Shown here: piece after piece, positions 30,226 to 33,322 of the stretch
Layout of the letters: each line of letters opens with the position of its first letter
Position numbering within the stretch: the stretch's first letter is position 1
Origin: an uncultured bacterium
GTDB lineage: Bacteria; Hydrothermota; E44-bin80
Direction: 5' to 3'
NCBI GenBank assembly: GCA_965369615.1
Contig: CBDUQV010000001.1
Span: forward strand, 1 to 33,322
DNA: 33,322 nucleotides
Program-made: the position numbers and the translations under genes
Notes under the pieces: model-generated
Seen by the model: the letters and a program-made list of their open reading frames with translations, nothing else
Databases searched by the model: none
Told to the model about the DNA's origin: nothing

Positions 30226-32598
30226 ATGATCCATGGTACATTAAAAAATAACCTGCGGAAGAGATTGCTCTTCCTTGACGGAGCGCTTGGGACTGAATTA
30301 TTCAAAAGAGGCTTTAGCGAATTCCCTCCAGAAGAGTACCTCCTCCGTGAGCCAAACGCTATTTTCGAAATACAAAAAGATTACGTTAAGGCAGGATGCG
30401 ATATTCTCTTAACTGCTACGCTTGGAGCGAATCCATTAAAACTCCAATCAATCGGTCTCAAGGACAAAATGGAAGAAATAAACGAATGCGCAACGGATAT
30501 CGCACATAAGGCAGCAGAATCGAAAACCCTTATTGCCGGAAATCTTGGACCTTCCGGGGAACTTTTTTCGCCATCTGGAAACCTGACATTCTCCCGCGCG
30601 TATAACTGCTTCTACGAAGAAATCAGGGTTCTTAATAAAAACATTGATTTGTTTATTCTTGAAACCTTCTCAGATATTCGAGAACTCAAAGCTGCCATTC
30701 TTGCAATTAAAGATATTGCGCCGGGAACCTTCATAATAGCAAACTTAACCTTCGACAAAAATGGCAGGACACTTATCGGAACCGACCCGACCGGTTTTGC
30801 TCTTGCTTTCGAGGATTTAGACGTTGATGCACTCGGCATAAACTGCTCATTGGGTCCGGAAGAGATACTTCCTATTTTCCAGGAGCTTTCACGGATGACA
30901 ACAAAATTTCTCAGCATAAAGCCCAATGCAGGATTACCTAAAATTATTAATGGAAAAACAGTTTATAGGATGGAACCCATAGAATTCGTAAAATATGGAG
31001 AGGATTTTCTTGAGCTCGGAGCAAACTTTATTGGTGGATGTTACGGAACAGGCCCAGAACATATCCGAATGCTTGTGAAAAGATTGGGAGGACGAAAACC
31101 AATAAAACGAAAGAACGAACCCTTAATTGGCATTTCTTCCTTAACAAAAAATATCATTTTCGTTCCGAATTCTCCCCCCACCATCATCGGCGAACGTATC
31201 AATCCAACGGGTAAAAAGAAGATGACAGAAGATATAGAGAAAGGAGCTACAGTTGCAATCAGGAACGAAGCGAACAAACAGGCTGATACAGGAGCAGCGA
31301 TACTTGACCTCAATCTCGGTATGGAATCAGGAATAAGAGAAGACTGGGTGAAAAATCTTGTTACGAAGCTTCTCGCTTCTCCAGGTCTCCCTCTCTCATT
31401 AGACCTGAGGAGTGAAAATCTTATAGAGGCAGCTCTTCAGGAGTATGGGGGCAGACCCCTTCTCAATTCCATAATAATTGAGGATATGGAACGTAAGGTC
31501 AAACTCCTTATCCGATATGGAGGTATGGCAGTATTCTTGCCCATCGATGAAACTGGTATTCCCAAAACCGCAGAAAAGAGAGCAGCACTGGCGAAGCGGG
31601 TAATAAATTACCTGGATGAGATGGGATTTAATAAAAATAGAATCCTATTCGACCCCATTGTTATGAGCCTTGCAACCGGTAATGACCCACGCATAACCCT
31701 TGAAACACTCAAATCGTATAAGAAACTCGGTCTCCTGACTGTTCTCGGACTATCCAATATCTCACACGGTCTTCCCCATCGTGCAAGCATAAACAAATAT
31801 TTCCTCAATCTATGTGTGGATATTGGGCTTGATGCCGTTATTATGAATCCACTCGAAAAAGAAACGGTTACTGATTTAGACCTCTCCCCTGTTTTCTCAG
31901 GCAAAAAAGAAATTATGGCATTTCTTAAGGAAACAAAGATTGAAAAGAAAAAAGAGAGCTCCTCCAGAGAAGAGAAGAAAGAGGATAGGATTCTTAGTAC
32001 AGTAATTGCTGGAGATAAGGATAAGGTGCTCGACCTCATAAATGGTCTGCTTAAAAAAATGAGTTATGAGAAGGTTATAGAGGATGTTTTACGACCCGCA
32101 TTGGACCAAGTGGGCAAATTGTATGAGAAAAGAGAAATTTTCCTTCCCCAGCTTATTATGGCAGCAGAGACTGCACAGACTGCATTTGGGTTTATTGAAA
32201 AGAAATTTACAAAGAAGAAAACAGAAGAAGGAGTCATCATTATTGCAACGGTCAGGGGAGACATCCACGACATTGGAAAAAACATCGTGGCAATGATGCT
32301 CAAAAATGCGGGGTTTGATGTTACTGACCTCGGTAAGGATGTTCCTTCTAAGGATATTGTCAAGATTGCAAAGGAAAATAATGCAGATGTTATTGCCCTG
32401 TCAGCTCTAATGACAACTACAGCTTTGAAAATGAAAGAAGTAATAGAGTTGACAAGAAAGAAGGAAGTACCGACAAAGGTAATTATTGGCGGCGCCTGTA
32501 TAACAAAAAAATTCGCAGATGACATCGGCGCCGACGCCTACGCAAAAGACGCCTCCGAAGCAGTAAAAGAAGTAAGAAGGTTAATGGGTAAGAAATAG
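30226..32598 (+). CDS. metH: cobalamin-dependent methionine synthase, short form (Hcy, pterin, B12-cap and B12 domains; no AdoMet activation domain)
   Basis: 790 aa, starting 4 nt after the upstream stop. Hcy domain (FLDGALGTE, GINCSLGP). Pterin domain (IIGERINPTGKKK). B12 motifs GDIHDIGKN (DxHxxG), SALMTTT and IIGGA. The protein ends directly after the B12 domain. Confidence 0.9.
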   Translation: MIHGTLKNNLRKRLLFLDGALGTELFKRGFSEFPPEEYLLREPNAIFEIQKDYVKAGCDILLTATLGANPLKLQSIGLKDKMEEINECATDIAHKAAESKTLIAGNLGPSGELFSPSGNLTFSRAYNCFYEEIRVLNKNIDLFILETFSDIRELKAAILAIKDIAPGTFIIANLTFDKNGRTLIGTDPTGFALAFEDLDVDALGINCSLGPEEILPIFQELSRMTTKFLSIKPNAGLPKIINGKTVYRMEPIEFVKYGEDFLELGANFIGGCYGTGPEHIRMLVKRLGGRKPIKRKNEPLIGISSLTKNIIFVPNSPPTIIGERINPTGKKKMTEDIEKGATVAIRNEANKQADTGAAILDLNLGMESGIREDWVKNLVTKLLASPGLPLSLDLRSENLIEAALQEYGGRPLLNSIIIEDMERKVKLLIRYGGMAVFLPIDETGIPKTAEKRAALAKRVINYLDEMGFNKNRILFDPIVMSLATGNDPRITLETLKSYKKLGLLTVLGLSNISHGLPHRASINKYFLNLCVDIGLDAVIMNPLEKETVTDLDLSPVFSGKKEIMAFLKETKIEKKKESSSREEKKEDRILSTVIAGDKDKVLDLINGLLKKMSYEKVIEDVLRPALDQVGKLYEKREIFLPQLIMAAETAQTAFGFIEKKFTKKKTEEGVIIIATVRGDIHDIGKNIVAMMLKNAGFDVTDLGKDVPSKDIVKIAKENNADVIALSALMTTTALKMKEVIELTRKKEVPTKVIIGGACITKKFADDIGADAYAKDASEAVKEVRRLMGKK

Positions 32599-32667
32599 CC
32601 CTTTGTAAATCGAAAGGCAAAGTCGAAGGATCAGCCTGCGTTGGTAAGGATAAAGTTAAATTAAAAA

Positions 32668-33322
32668 GTGAAGATAACAGATAATAGAAAAATCCTTTTA
32701 CTCGAGGCTTTGCGAAGCAGAGCAGATGTCTATAGCCACATTGGGAACTATGATAAAGGTATAGCAGATTGCAGGCATGCAGTCGCCTTTTGTGAGCAAG
32801 AGCTTTCGGACTCGCAGCTCAGACCGGAAATTATGATTGAACTTGCATGGATGAGCTTGTTAGCGAAAAGTGATTATACTGATGCAGAGAAAGTTATTAA
32901 CGATGCTCTTCAAAAAATTGACACGAAAAAAGACCCCAGGATTTTTGCCGGCTGTTTAAACATTCTTAGCAATAGCTCTTACCGACGAGGGAATTATGAC
33001 ACTGCACTAAAAAGCTACAAAAAAGCACTGGCAATTTATGAGAAATTAAACGATAAAAATGGCATCGCGACGCTGAGTGGTAACATTGGAAACGTATATA
33101 ATGATAAAGGCGAATTTAAGACATCTCTGAAATATTACAAAAGGGCTTTAAACATATCAAAGGAACAAGATGATAGAGTAGGTATTGGCATCGCCTATAA
33201 CTCTATCGGAAGTGTATATTTGCATATGGAAGAATTCAATACTGCGCTAAAATATTGTAAAAGATACCTCGCCCTCTCAGAGGAAAGTGAATATAAAATG
33301 GGAGTTGGAGTTGCTGCGAATA
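32668..33322 (+). CDS. TPR-repeat protein, 5' portion (runs off the window), related to the TPR arrays of the two cyclases
   Basis: My own translation in frame 1, open from the stop at 32662 to the window end: ...NYDTALKSYKKALAIYEKLNDKNGIATLSGNIGNVYNDKGEFKTSLKYYKRALNISKEQDDRVGIGIAYNSIGSVY... The start is uncertain: a GTG at 32668 without an SD, or an ATG at 32833. Confidence 0.6.
   Translation, partial: MKITDNRKILLLEALRSRADVYSHIGNYDKGIADCRHAVAFCEQELSDSQLRPEIMIELAWMSLLAKSDYTDAEKVINDALQKIDTKKDPRIFAGCLNILSNSSYRRGNYDTALKSYKKALAIYEKLNDKNGIATLSGNIGNVYNDKGEFKTSLKYYKRALNISKEQDDRVGIGIAYNSIGSVYLHMEEFNTALKYCKRYLALSEESEYKMGVGVAAN

Noticed and set aside
1-33322. CRISPR arrays, tRNA/rRNA genes, transposases, integrases, reverse transcriptases and prophage genes.
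   Set aside because: I scanned intergenic regions and all long ORFs. There are no spaced direct repeats of CRISPR size, no tRNA-like T-arm or acceptor patterns, and no ORF with recombinase or RT motifs.

Overview
This 33.3-kb window looks like a chromosomal segment from an AT-rich, probably uncultivated bacterium. A secreted GH18 protein carries a T9SS/FlgD-Ig-type C-terminal sorting domain, which hints at the FCB-group radiation; that placement is inference only.

I call 28 protein-coding genes, 27 complete and one running off the 3' end. I found no rRNA, tRNA, CRISPR array, transposase, integrase or phage genes.

Most of the content is housekeeping:
- Metabolism: gcvPB, alanine racemase, a TIGR01212 radical SAM protein, cutA, and a methionine block made of a YitJ-like Hcy-methyltransferase/MTHFR fusion plus a short MetH.
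- Envelope and regulation: sppA, a minimal PBP-like transpeptidase, a SpoIID/LytB protein, nrdR and a CPA2 antiporter.
- Signalling: an NtrY/NtrX-like kinase with a sigma54 activator.

Accessory or unusual content:
1. Two type II toxin-antitoxin pairs: AbrB antitoxin with a degenerate PIN-like toxin, and HigBA.
2. A GxxExxY (PD-(D/E)XK) gene bracketed by a 23/25-nt inverted repeat.
3. Two giant paralogous class III cyclase / P-loop NTPase / TPR proteins, plus a third TPR-only relative.
4. A translationally chained module of an orphan GlmL/MutL-type ATPase, an unassignable 372-aa partner and a small ORF, sitting behind an orphan gcvPB. This is my best candidate for an undescribed system, but the case is weak and needs comparative data.

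Other sequence-level observations:
- Non-canonical Zn-ligand positions in both homocysteine-binding domains.
- A long leader before the methionine operon with no riboswitch I can recognise.
- Several exact TTGACA-N17-TAnnnT promoters placed so that transcripts should be leaderless.
- Recurrent 7-8-nt-period microrepeats, including inside the sorting domain of the GH18 gene.

All family assignments come from motif recognition by eye. No database search was run.
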